From the NCBI GenBank assembly GCA_965209055.1, contig OZ242374.1:832001-896000 (forward strand): a DNA stretch of 64,000 nucleotides, read 5' to 3'. Position 1 is the first letter of the stretch; the number at the start of each line of letters is the position of its first letter. Shown here one piece after another: positions 25,003-34,651 of the stretch. A model generated the notes under the pieces. The model saw only the letters and a list, made by a program, of their open reading frames with translations, was not told the DNA's origin and did no database searches. A program made the translations under genes and the position numbers. The stretch comes from Acidobacteriota bacterium (GTDB lineage: Bacteria > Acidobacteriota > UBA6911 > RPQK01 > JAJDTT01).

Positions 25003-28000
25003 CTAGCCTACCCCCAAATACTGCGATGTGCCGGTGATGGGTTCTTCCGGCTCGCCGCCGCTGCCTTCCGGTTCGGGAGGCGCCTTTTCGAGCTGGTAGA
25101 CGGTTCGCTCTCCCAGGTCCGCGCTCACGTCGCCTCGCCGGACTTCCGGAAGGACCAGGCGCAGGGTTTTGATCTCGCCGGCGGCCAGAGGCAGTCCCTG
25201 GGCCGGCGCCGCCGGGTCGAGTTGTTTCAGGTTGTCCTCCAGAAGATCGGTCTCCCAGGCATCGACCACCGGTAGCGGACCAAATTTGCGTGGGATCAAC
25301 GGCGCCCCTCCGCGGCGGTGAAGCGCCAGCTCGTAGGGACGGAAGGTGACGAAGGGGGCCAGGAGCTCGCAGGTCATGTTCACCGGACGGCCCTCTGCCT
25401 CGTAGGCCCGGGCTACCAGGTCCTCTCCCACCTGCGACAGCTTCAATGCCGAGAGCACCACGTTGTCCGGGGCCACCGCCATCAGGCTCGCTCGCTCCGG
25501 AAGGATGTCGTAGCGGCGGTCGGGAACGATGGGCAGGAGCCGGTTCCATCCGGCCAGATGCTCCCAGCCGAACCGCCAGGCCCGCCCGCTCTTCCAGTCT
25601 CCGGCGTGGGAGGTCAACGAGAGTTGAGCCTCCTGTTCTCCCGGAAAGAAGTTGAAGGTGGGGGCGTAGATGCTGCAGTTGCTGGAAAGTTGGGCGCAGA
25701 GGACGCCCCGGTCGAACCGGATCATGCTCTTGGGAGGAGTGACGGTGACGCAGAAATCGCGCCGGTGGTCCCGGGCGCTCAGAAAACGTCCCGTCATGCG
25801 AGGGTCCCGGTCGGCCCTCGCCTTCTCCCCCGCCAGCCAGACCTCGTCCGCTCCCAGCCGGTCGGTCAGGTGCCGCTCGTGCTCCTGGGTGGCAAACAGA
25901 GTGTCGAAAACGATCTCAGGGTCCTCCAGGTTCAGAGGAAAGAACCAGCGCAACCCGTGCATGGGACGATTGTCCCAGTGCCAGCGGAAGAAGATGTCCA
26001 CGCGCCGCAGACCGGCATAGAGGACGCAACGCTGGCTCCAGTAGCCTCCGAAAAAGGCGGGGCCGTCCTTGGGAGTCAAGAGGGGACGGCGCACCTCGAT
26101 GCTGGCCGAAACGGCTCCTCCGCGGACCCGGATTTCCGCCGGGCCATGATCGCGGCTGCGGTACTCCCGCCCGGTGGGATCGAAGTCGATGCAGCTCCGG
26201 CCGCTGTCCTCCTCGATGAGGAGCTCACCGGCGCCGAAAGGAGCCGAACCGTCCACTAACTCGATTCCCAGCGTCTTGTCGTAGAGGCTCTCGCAGAAAC
26301 CGGTCACCGGGTCCAGACGGACCCGATAGAACTCGTTTTCGATGGAATTCCGACCCGTTTTGAGAGACGTTTCGGTCTCGTCCGACTTGCCGTTCCCGGT
26401 CAGATAGAAGGTCTCATATCCCATGGCGGGGACCCGGGCGCTGAAACGCACCGCACCCTCCGGCCCCAGTTCGTGGGGGACCGGGGAACCGGCGGAATCG
26501 GTGAGGGCCAGCCGGTCCGGGGAGACCGAGCCGGGCAGCGGAACCTGAACCACGTCCCGGCGCTCCCAATTCAACAGGTTGAACACCGCCACGGCCGGGT
26601 CCTCCCGCCGGAAGGCGATCTTGGAGGCGATCCGGTGCGCGGCCGAACCGGCCACATCGTCGGCCGCTCCCTGGACCCGCCTCAAGATGTCCCTGGTGTG
26701 CTGGATGGTCTCGTCGCCGGACCAGCCGATCTGCTCGTGCTGCTGGGTGAACAGCAGGTCGGACCAGAGGGCGGACAGCAGGTCCCGGGGGTAGAGGGCG
26801 CCGGTGACGCAATAGTCGAGGGCGGCGGCCTTCTCCGCGGCCGCCAGGGCGTAGCCGGCTCGATGGGACTGCTCCATGATGGGGTACATCCCATGGGCGT
26901 TCAGCGCGAAGTGGGGCAGGTAGCCCTGGTGGTGATCCCGCCGGACCCGGGAATCGGACGCGACCCGGTCCGAGAACCGGCTCAGGGTATTGAACCGCGC
27001 CTGGGGAGTGACGAAACTGCGGTTCCAGGCCGCCACCCGGTTGATGAGCGCGCGCCTGGATTCGGCCTGGTCCCGGGCCGCGGCGTGACCGACGTAGGGG
27101 GCGCCCCAAGCCGCGAGCACGGCGCGAATGGAGGCAGCCGTCTGGCGCACGACCTTGCTCCGGGAGGTGAAACTTCCCTCGATCAGTTCGTCGGTCCGCC
27201 AGAGGGCGGAGATGGTGGGCGTGGTGTACCCGGCCAAGACCCCTTCCTGGGGGACGAAGCTGGGATGGCGAGTGCCGTCGGCCCCCTCAACGTCGAGCAA
27301 CTGACTGCCTGAGCGTCGAGGATAGATGCCCCCGTAGCGCCCGCGCCAGAAGAAGGAGATCCCGCATTTGTCCAGGATCTGCGGCATCTGCGGGTCGAAC
27401 CCGGGACTGTCGCAGGAGTAGAGGACGCGGCCCTGCGCCCCCAGACGGCGGCGGAGCCACCATTGGCTTTCGGCGAATTGCCGGATGTAGGATTCCCCTT
27501 CATAGAAGTCGGCGTAACTGGGCGCCAGGGTGGGGCTGATGTCCAGCCTTCCTTTGCGGATGAAGCGTTTCACCGTCTCCTGCAACTGCGGCCGCTTGTG
27601 CAACAGGTTCTTGAGCCCGTAGAGGAATTCCACGTTATAGGTGTAGTGGTCGTCTTCCGAGATCAGTTGGACGGCGTCGCGCAGGGACCGGAACGCCTCC
27701 CAGTGTTCGGGCAGACCGGTAAAATAGCCGAAACAGAGATGGGAGGAGGGCATCAGGTGGTATTCGAAGTGGGGGACCGGCCCGGTCTCGAACTCGGCCG
27801 CGGCCAGAATCCGATCTCCGGCAAGCAGCCGGACCGAGGCCTTGGTGACGGTGGCGACGTCCTTCACCACTGCCAGGAGCGACAACTTGCCGGCTTCCCG
27901 CAAAGGCTCGGCAGGACAGCGCAGGGTTGCGCCTCCCGCCGTCGTCTCCAGTCTCAGGGCGGGCGGGAACGGCGCCCCCGCATCCTCAATCACGACTTCA

Positions 28001-28086
28001 ATCCAGCGATGCGGGTGAGACAGATCCGCACTCGGGCGGCCCACCACCGGCAGCGGGTCCACTCTCAGAATCTTCCACTCTTTCAT
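25003..28086 (-). CDS. GH38 alpha-mannosidase-like glycoside hydrolase, divergent
   Basis: EGESYIRQF, D.PGF.PQMPQIL..CGI, GADGT, VFNLLNWER, VPAMGY, ENEFYRV, VVLSALK motifs. Confidence 0.75.
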   Translation of the reverse strand: MKEWKILRVDPLPVVGRPSADLSHPHRWIEVVIEDAGAPFPPALRLETTAGGATLRCPAEPLREAGKLSLLAVVKDVATVTKASVRLLAGDRILAAAEFETGPVPHFEYHLMPSSHLCFGYFTGLPEHWEAFRSLRDAVQLISEDDHYTYNVEFLYGLKNLLHKRPQLQETVKRFIRKGRLDISPTLAPSYADFYEGESYIRQFAESQWWLRRRLGAQGRVLYSCDSPGFDPQMPQILDKCGISFFWRGRYGGIYPRRSGSQLLDVEGADGTRHPSFVPQEGVLAGYTTPTISALWRTDELIEGSFTSRSKVVRQTAASIRAVLAAWGAPYVGHAAARDQAESRRALINRVAAWNRSFVTPQARFNTLSRFSDRVASDSRVRRDHHQGYLPHFALNAHGMYPIMEQSHRAGYALAAAEKAAALDYCVTGALYPRDLLSALWSDLLFTQQHEQIGWSGDETIQHTRDILRRVQGAADDVAGSAAHRIASKIAFRREDPAVAVFNLLNWERRDVVQVPLPGSVSPDRLALTDSAGSPVPHELGPEGAVRFSARVPAMGYETFYLTGNGKSDETETSLKTGRNSIENEFYRVRLDPVTGFCESLYDKTLGIELVDGSAPFGAGELLIEEDSGRSCIDFDPTGREYRSRDHGPAEIRVRGGAVSASIEVRRPLLTPKDGPAFFGGYWSQRCVLYAGLRRVDIFFRWHWDNRPMHGLRWFFPLNLEDPEIVFDTLFATQEHERHLTDRLGADEVWLAGEKARADRDPRMTGRFLSARDHRRDFCVTVTPPKSMIRFDRGVLCAQLSSNCSIYAPTFNFFPGEQEAQLSLTSHAGDWKSGRAWRFGWEHLAGWNRLLPIVPDRRYDILPERASLMAVAPDNVVLSALKLSQVGEDLVARAYEAEGRPVNMTCELLAPFVTFRPYELALHRRGGAPLIPRKFGPLPVVDAWETDLLEDNLKQLDPAAPAQGLPLAAGEIKTLRLVLPEVRRGDVSADLGERTVYQLEKAPPEPEGSGGEPEEPITGTSQYLGVG

Positions 28087-28168
28087 GTCGCGCTCCGTAT
28101 CTTTTTTCGCAAGCTCGGCCGGGATGGCTTTGATTCGAGCCTATCAACATCCGGAATCAGGAGAAACC

Positions 28169-28645
28169 ATGAGCATCGAAGGCGCCGTCAACTATCGGAA
28201 AATCAGTGAGATGGTCGCGACCTCCGGATCGGTCTCCGAAGACCGCCTCCGGCGTCTCGGGGAAGAGGGATTTCATGCGGTGGTCAACCTGTTGCCCGAT
28301 TCATCGGAGGTGGCGGTTCCCGATGAACGTGAAATTGTCGAGGGTCAGGGATTGGAATACCATTACATTCCGGTAGACTTCGGGAACCCGACGGAAGCGG
28401 ACTTCAGCCTCTTCAGACGCGTCATGAAGAACGCCGGGGACAAGAAAATCCTGATCCATTGCGCGGCGAACTACCGGGTCAGCGCCTTTTATTCTCTCTA
28501 TGCCATGCGAGATCGGGACTGGTCCTGGGAGGACGCCCGCGCACATATCGCTTCGATCTGGGACACCGCCGATTATCCGGTCTGGAAACGGTTTATCAAC
28601 GAGTTGAAGTCTCAGTCGAGCCGGACTCTACCCTGCGGCGGATGA
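28169..28645 (+). CDS. Protein-tyrosine-phosphatase-superfamily protein (DUF442-like)
   Basis: HCAANYR (CX5R) motif; AGGAG SD. Confidence 0.8.
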   Translation: MSIEGAVNYRKISEMVATSGSVSEDRLRRLGEEGFHAVVNLLPDSSEVAVPDEREIVEGQGLEYHYIPVDFGNPTEADFSLFRRVMKNAGDKKILIHCAANYRVSAFYSLYAMRDRDWSWEDARAHIASIWDTADYPVWKRFINELKSQSSRTLPCGG

Positions 28646-28655
28646 TGGCGGAATC

Positions 28656-31600
28656 GTGAGGAAACCGGTTCGGCGCTCACGCACGACGGCAGGCGTTTTC
28701 GCCAATCTCACGCTGCTCCTCCCGCTGATCCTGCCGGCTGCCCATCTTTCCGCCCAGACCACCGCCCGAGTCAGCGTCCACGGACCCAACCGGGGAAACG
28801 GTCCCAGCCAGTACGCCCAGATCAGCGCCTCCGGACGCTTCGTCGTCTACACCTCCACCGCCTCCAACCTGGTGGACGGAGATACCAACTGGGCGTCGGA
28901 CGTCTTCGTTCACGACCGTGAAACGGGGGAGACCGCCCGCGCCAGCGTGGACGACGCGGGAAACCAGGGCAACAGTCTGAGCCAGTTTCCCAGGATCAGC
29001 TCCGGCGGCCGCATCGTCGCCTTCGAGTCGCTCGCTTCCAACCTGGTGGACGGCGACACCAACGGCGCGCTGGACGTCTTCGTCCAGGACCGCAAGTCAG
29101 GCAGGACCACGCGAGTCAGCCTCGGCAGCGGAGGGGACCAGGGCAATAGCGCCAGCGGGGTGCCCTGCCTCAGTTCCGACGGCCGTGTCGTAGCTTTCGA
29201 GTCGCTCGCCTCCAACCTGGTGGACGGCGACACCAACGAATCCACCGACGTCTTCGTCCGTGACCGCCGGACCGGGGAGACGACCCGGGTCAGCGTCGAC
29301 AGCCGGGGACGACAGGCCAACGGCTCCAGTGCCGGCTCCAGCTTGGACGGCAGCGGCCGATACGTCGCCTTCGAGTCGCTGGCCACCGACTTGGTGCCTG
29401 GAGACACAAACCGGGTGTCGGACGTCTTCGTCCATGACCGCCGGACGGGGAAGACCACCCGGGTGAGCGTCGACAGCCGCGGACGGCAGGCCAACGGCGG
29501 CAGCTCGGCGCCGAGTCTCAGCGCCGACGGACGTTTCGTGGGTTTCGGCTCCTACGGATCCACACTGGTGGACGGCGACACCAACCAGGAGATCGACGTC
29601 TTCGTCCACGACCGCCAGACGGGGGAGACCACCCGGGTGAGCGTCGACAGCCTGGGAGGACAAGCCAACGGGAGCAGCGGAATCGCCGCCCTCAGCGCCG
29701 GCGGACGATGGGTCGCCTTCCACTCCTTCGCCTCCAACCTGGTGGACGGCGACACCAACGGAACGCTGGACGTCTTCGTCCACGACCGGCTGACGGGACG
29801 GACGACCCGGACCAGCCTGACCGAAAAGGGCCGGGAATCGAACGGTCCGAGCCGCGATCCCACCATCAGCGCCGATGGCCGCTTCGTCGCCTTCGAGTCC
29901 CATGCCTCCAATCTGGTGTCTCGGGACGACAACGGGAACGTCGACGTCTTCGTCCGGGATCGGGGCGGCGCCGATCCATCCGCTGCGCTTGGCAGGCCAC
30001 AGAAATTCGAGTTGGCGGGTCGGCTCCTGGGATGGCTGCGGCGAGGCTGGGACGGCCTCGTCTCCGAAACCCGCGTGAGAGCCGAAGCCTTCACCCGGGA
30101 GCGGTTTCGGATGCCCGCCGCCGCCCTGGCCCACGCCGAATCCGCTCCGGTCCAGTTCACCGACGTGACCGAAGCAGCGGGCATCCGCTTCCGGCATTAC
30201 AAGGGGGAGACGGGGAAGCGGTACCTGCCCGAGACCATTGGTTCGGGAGTGGCAGTCCTGGACTTCGATCAGGACGGGTGGATGGACCTCTTCTTCGTCA
30301 ACGGCTGGCGCCTGGAAGGCGGAAGACCCGAGGGGGTCGGATCCGTCCTCTACCGCAACCGGGGCGACGGCACGTTTGACGACGTGACCCGGGAGGCGGG
30401 GCTGGAAGTACACGCCTACGGCATGGGGGCGGCGGCCGGAGACTATGACAACGACGGCTTTCCGGACCTCTACGTGACGATTCTGGGCCTCAACCGGCTC
30501 TACCGGAACAACGGCGACGGGACCTTTTCCAACGTGAGCGTCGATGCCGGCGTCGGCAACCCCTCCTGGGGGGCGAGCGCGGCCTGGCTGGACGCCGACA
30601 ACGACGGCAAGCTCGATCTCTTCGTGACCAACTACGTCCGTTGGAGCCCCTCCCAGGACCAGTGGTGCGGTTACGGCCCCGGAGCCAAGCACTACTGCAC
30701 TCCCGAGATCTTCACCGGTGACACTTCGCGCCTCTTTCGCAACCGGGGCGGCGGACGATTCCGGGACGTCACCAGGGAGGCGGGACTGTTCAACCCCTCG
30801 GGCAAGGCCTTGGGAGTGGCCCTTTGGGATTTCGACGGGAACGGGTTGATGGATCTCGTGGTGGCCGAGGACACTCAGCCCGACAAGATCTACCTGAACC
30901 GGGGCGGCTTCCGCTTCGAGGAGGTGGGCACTCGCAACGGATTCGGCTTTTCCGAAGCGGGCCTGGCCCGGGCCGGCATGGGAGTCGATGTGGCCGACAC
31001 TGACAACGACGGTCGAGGAGCGGTGGCCGTCACCAATTTCTCCTACGAGGGGATTGGCTTCTACCGCTGGGACAGCGGCCTGAACTTCATCGATCAGGCC
31101 GCTCCGGCGGGCATCGGGCAACCCAGTCTATTGACCCTGGGCTTCGGACTCCTCTTTCTGGACTACGATCTGGACGGTTGGCAAGACCTGCTGGCGGTCA
31201 ACGGCCATATCGACGACCTGGTGGAGACGGTTCAGACCCGGCTGACCTACCGGCAACGGCCGCTCCTGTTTCGCAACCAGAGGGACGGCCGCTTCCTGCC
31301 CATGGGCGGGGAGGCGGGTCCCGCTCTGGAGCGAGCTTATGTCGGCCGCGGCGCCGCAGCCATCGACTACGACAACGACGGTGACCTGGATCTGGTCGTG
31401 ACGGAGAACGGAGGTCCGGGTCGCCTGTTTCGCAACCAGGGGGGAAACCGAAACCACTGGCTCCAGATCCGGCTCGTCGGCGGCAGCTCCAACCGGGACG
31501 GTATCGGCGCCCTGGTCACCGTGAAATCGGGTTCCACAACCCAACGGCGCTACCGCCGAAGCGGCTCCAGCTATCTCTCCGAGAGCGATCCGCGGCTGAC

Positions 31601-31733
31601 CTTCGGCCTGGGTGATGCGACCCGGGCGGACCGCCTGGAGGTCCGCTGGCCCAGCGGCGCCACCCAGGTCCTGAAGGACGTTGTGGCCGGACGCCTGATT
31701 GTCGTGCAAGAGCCCGTCGAAACCGATCCATAG
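28656..31733 (+). CDS. TolB-like beta-propeller fused to a CRTAC1-family (FG-GAP plus ASPIC/UnbV) domain
   Basis: Seven 58-aa ASNLVDGDTN repeats; then FTDVTEAAG, DYDNDG repeats and SYLSESDPRLTFGLG...VRWPSG. Confidence 0.85.
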   Translation: MRKPVRRSRTTAGVFANLTLLLPLILPAAHLSAQTTARVSVHGPNRGNGPSQYAQISASGRFVVYTSTASNLVDGDTNWASDVFVHDRETGETARASVDDAGNQGNSLSQFPRISSGGRIVAFESLASNLVDGDTNGALDVFVQDRKSGRTTRVSLGSGGDQGNSASGVPCLSSDGRVVAFESLASNLVDGDTNESTDVFVRDRRTGETTRVSVDSRGRQANGSSAGSSLDGSGRYVAFESLATDLVPGDTNRVSDVFVHDRRTGKTTRVSVDSRGRQANGGSSAPSLSADGRFVGFGSYGSTLVDGDTNQEIDVFVHDRQTGETTRVSVDSLGGQANGSSGIAALSAGGRWVAFHSFASNLVDGDTNGTLDVFVHDRLTGRTTRTSLTEKGRESNGPSRDPTISADGRFVAFESHASNLVSRDDNGNVDVFVRDRGGADPSAALGRPQKFELAGRLLGWLRRGWDGLVSETRVRAEAFTRERFRMPAAALAHAESAPVQFTDVTEAAGIRFRHYKGETGKRYLPETIGSGVAVLDFDQDGWMDLFFVNGWRLEGGRPEGVGSVLYRNRGDGTFDDVTREAGLEVHAYGMGAAAGDYDNDGFPDLYVTILGLNRLYRNNGDGTFSNVSVDAGVGNPSWGASAAWLDADNDGKLDLFVTNYVRWSPSQDQWCGYGPGAKHYCTPEIFTGDTSRLFRNRGGGRFRDVTREAGLFNPSGKALGVALWDFDGNGLMDLVVAEDTQPDKIYLNRGGFRFEEVGTRNGFGFSEAGLARAGMGVDVADTDNDGRGAVAVTNFSYEGIGFYRWDSGLNFIDQAAPAGIGQPSLLTLGFGLLFLDYDLDGWQDLLAVNGHIDDLVETVQTRLTYRQRPLLFRNQRDGRFLPMGGEAGPALERAYVGRGAAAIDYDNDGDLDLVVTENGGPGRLFRNQGGNRNHWLQIRLVGGSSNRDGIGALVTVKSGSTTQRRYRRSGSSYLSESDPRLTFGLGDATRADRLEVRWPSGATQVLKDVVAGRLIVVQEPVETDP

Positions 31734-31763
31734 CAGTCCGTGGCTCGTTGCCGACCTTTCCGT

Positions 31764-32975
31764 TCAGTTTGCCGACGACCGCACCAGACGCCAGAAGACA
31801 CCCTTCACGGCCCGGCTCTCCCACCCTGGATGCCGTGTGTTGTAGACGGTCAGGAAGTGGTCCGGCTCCAACTCTACCGTCGGGGCCGTAAAGGAGTGGC
31901 CCGGCGGATTGGGCACCAGCAGGAACCGGGTGGACTCGGCCATGGAGGGGGTCCCCGATTCCGTCTCGTTCAGCCAGGTCCGTCCCCCGTCCGGGCTGAC
32001 CCGCGCCAGCACCGTGCCGTCAGGGGCGCTCTTGCCCGGGACGCCTCCCTGGTGGGTGATCACGACCACGTTTCCCGGGGTCCAGAGGATGGTCCCGCGG
32101 TGCCCGTAGTATTCGTTCAGGCTTCCCGGCACCTCCCGGAAAGTCCGTCCGCCGTCGCTGGATTCGAGGAGGATTCCCTGTTTGTAGATGGCCCCGGCCC
32201 CCGGAGGAGCTCCGCTTCGCTTCGACATCGCCTCCACGTCTTCCCCGGGAAACGAGGGCCGCTGGATGCGGGTCATGGCCAGGACGCGCATCGGGTCGTT
32301 TGGATCCACGGCATAGCCGGTTTCAGCCACGTACTGGTGCACTTCGGTGGGGTCGCCCCAGGTTTGTCCGCCGTCCCGGGAACGGATCAGCGTCTCGTGA
32401 AATCCCGGCCGTGACCGGTCCTCCTGCTGATAATCCCTATGGTTCGGGTAACGCAGGCCCACCCCCAGCACGATGGTCCCGTCTGCCTCCTGGAAGAAGG
32501 TGTTGTAGTCGTTGAAGCAGAAAGCGTAAGGGTCCTCGGACCCGCCCGGTGAGAAAGGCCCGAAATCGATGGCGGTGGTTTTCCAGGTGATCCCGGAGTC
32601 GCTCGAAACCGAGACGAACAGATCCTTGCCGCCGGGGGACTGGTGCATCAGCCAGAGGTTTCCGTCACGGCCGGCATAGAGTCCGTGCTGAACCTGGCCG
32701 GGTGGTACGCCGGAAAGATTCACCGGCAGCCTGGTCCAACTCCGGCCCTGATCGACACTCTTGTAGAGCCTCTGCTGGGTCTGAGTGTTGACGTAGATGC
32801 TTCCGTCCGGATGGGTGACCATGCCCAGCATGGAACGGCTCAGCCCTGACTCTACGGGGTCCAACAACACCTCGCCTTCGATCTCGATCGTCGCTACGGG
32901 AGCGACTTCACCCGGGCCGCAGGCGACGGCAAGCGCCAACAGGACGAGCCCAATCCATCCCAGTTTCTGTGTCAT
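31764..32975 (-). CDS. BNR/Asp-box sialidase-like lipoprotein (paralog of 34652 and 35971)
   Basis: Lipobox LAVAC; SxDxGxTW Asp-boxes; LLESSDGGRTFREVPG. Confidence 0.78.
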   Translation of the reverse strand: MTQKLGWIGLVLLALAVACGPGEVAPVATIEIEGEVLLDPVESGLSRSMLGMVTHPDGSIYVNTQTQQRLYKSVDQGRSWTRLPVNLSGVPPGQVQHGLYAGRDGNLWLMHQSPGGKDLFVSVSSDSGITWKTTAIDFGPFSPGGSEDPYAFCFNDYNTFFQEADGTIVLGVGLRYPNHRDYQQEDRSRPGFHETLIRSRDGGQTWGDPTEVHQYVAETGYAVDPNDPMRVLAMTRIQRPSFPGEDVEAMSKRSGAPPGAGAIYKQGILLESSDGGRTFREVPGSLNEYYGHRGTILWTPGNVVVITHQGGVPGKSAPDGTVLARVSPDGGRTWLNETESGTPSMAESTRFLLVPNPPGHSFTAPTVELEPDHFLTVYNTRHPGWESRAVKGVFWRLVRSSAN

Positions 32976-32992
32976 TTTCCTACTCTCCACTA

Positions 32993-34525
32993 TCAATCTC
33001 GAAAACCGAACGAGAAGAGCTTGGCGTTCTCCAGATAGAACTTCAGCCGGATCGGCTGCCCCTCCAATCCCTTCAGATTACCCTGTCCGTTCCACGAAAC
33101 GCGATGGCGGACGGCGTCCGATTCCAACACGTCACAATCGCCCCGGCCGAAGCTTTCCAACGGCTGGCCTTCCGTGGAGAGAATCTCGACTTGAACCCGT
33201 CCCGACCCCGCGTCCGCGTTGATCAGCAGTTCACCGCCCCGGAAGCGGAAGGGCTTGGTGGTCAGGACACCCGCCTTCGCTCTGGCATCGACGGAAACGA
33301 ACCCGTCCAGGCGCAGCTTCGACAGCGCGATGCCGCTCTTGAACCCGGCGAACCCGTCCGGCGGCTCCGAGTTGTGGTCCGCGCCCCATCCCACGTAGTA
33401 GATCCAGATCCCGTCATCCCGGACCAGCGGTCCCTGCACCGGCCAGATGAATCCCCAGTCGAAGTCCCCCGGCCGCTCCGAGAGGGGCAGGAAGACCTCC
33501 CGGCCGCCGCCTCGATGCCAGTTCAGACCGTCGCGGCTGTAGGTGAGCTGCACCGGTCCCCGGGGACGTTCGTACCCATAGCTGAAAACGGTCATCAACC
33601 CGATCCGCAGTTCGTCGTGGAGCATGACCTGCATGTTGTAGAACTGGTCCCGGTGCATCGGGTCGCGGTCGTCGGCCGCCACCACCGTTCGCATGGGAGT
33701 CCAGTGGACGAAGTCGTCGCTCTCCACCTGGCCCACCCGGCGCAGGCTGTGGTTCTCGGGAACCCGGTCCTTCTTGGGCCCGCCCCAGAGCTGGGCGTAG
33801 ACCTTCCGCGCCCAGGGATCGCTGACCATCTTCTTGCGCACCTCTTTGATCATCCCGGTGCGGTCCCGGATGATGGCCACGTACTTGCCCAGCCGGCCGT
33901 CCCAGTAGGGAACCGGCTGGCTGTCATGCCCCGGCGCGTGGAAGATGACCTTCTCCCCCCCCTTGTAGTCGGTCCAGCGGAGGCCGTCCGCCGAGTAGGC
34001 GGCCCGGATGCCCTGGTAGAGCATCTTGTACCGTTTGGCGGGATCGGTTTCCCGGGGATCGATGAAGACACCCGTTTCGAGCCCGTCCTTGTCCATGATG
34101 ATGTTGTTGTCGCGGCTGCCCCGGTGCTCGACGATGCCGAGGGAGGGCTTCACCCAGCGGATTCCGTCCCGGCTGTAGGCGTAGGCCAGGATCATGGACT
34201 GGTCTTTCGCTCCCCAGAGGCTGTACCACATCTTGTACAGCCCGTCCGATTCGTCGAATAGGATGGTGATAAAACAGAAGTGCATCCCCGCTTCCCAGGA
34301 CGGGTCTCCTTCGGGAACCATGGGCAGCACCGGGCCGGCTCCGTACTTGACCGGCTGGTTCAGGGTCTTGGCGACGCCGTCCAAGGACTCGATGATGTAG
34401 TCGTCGATGAACAACTGCCGGTTCTGCGCCACGTCCAACGTGGACCCGGCCGAGGCCGTGACCCAGCCGGCGAGGACGTATCCCAGCAGCAGGAACCCGT
34501 ACTTGGAATTTCGCAGTGATTGCAT
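32993..34525 (-). CDS. Secreted five-bladed beta-propeller glycoside-hydrolase-like protein
   Basis: RQLFIDD, YKMWY, YSRDGIRW.KP, LRLDGFVS motifs. AGGAG SD before ATG 34525. Confidence 0.72.
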   Translation of the reverse strand: MQSLRNSKYGFLLLGYVLAGWVTASAGSTLDVAQNRQLFIDDYIIESLDGVAKTLNQPVKYGAGPVLPMVPEGDPSWEAGMHFCFITILFDESDGLYKMWYSLWGAKDQSMILAYAYSRDGIRWVKPSLGIVEHRGSRDNNIIMDKDGLETGVFIDPRETDPAKRYKMLYQGIRAAYSADGLRWTDYKGGEKVIFHAPGHDSQPVPYWDGRLGKYVAIIRDRTGMIKEVRKKMVSDPWARKVYAQLWGGPKKDRVPENHSLRRVGQVESDDFVHWTPMRTVVAADDRDPMHRDQFYNMQVMLHDELRIGLMTVFSYGYERPRGPVQLTYSRDGLNWHRGGGREVFLPLSERPGDFDWGFIWPVQGPLVRDDGIWIYYVGWGADHNSEPPDGFAGFKSGIALSKLRLDGFVSVDARAKAGVLTTKPFRFRGGELLINADAGSGRVQVEILSTEGQPLESFGRGDCDVLESDAVRHRVSWNGQGNLKGLEGQPIRLKFYLENAKLFSFGFRD

Positions 34526-34651
34526 CAGAATCTCCTGAACCGGCTCAAAACGAGAGAGATCCGTTCGGACAATTGACCTCATCATAGAGGAAATCTCAAC
34601 ACGCCGACGACGGCAGACCCGGTCCCAATCTGAAACAGGGGAAGACAGCTC

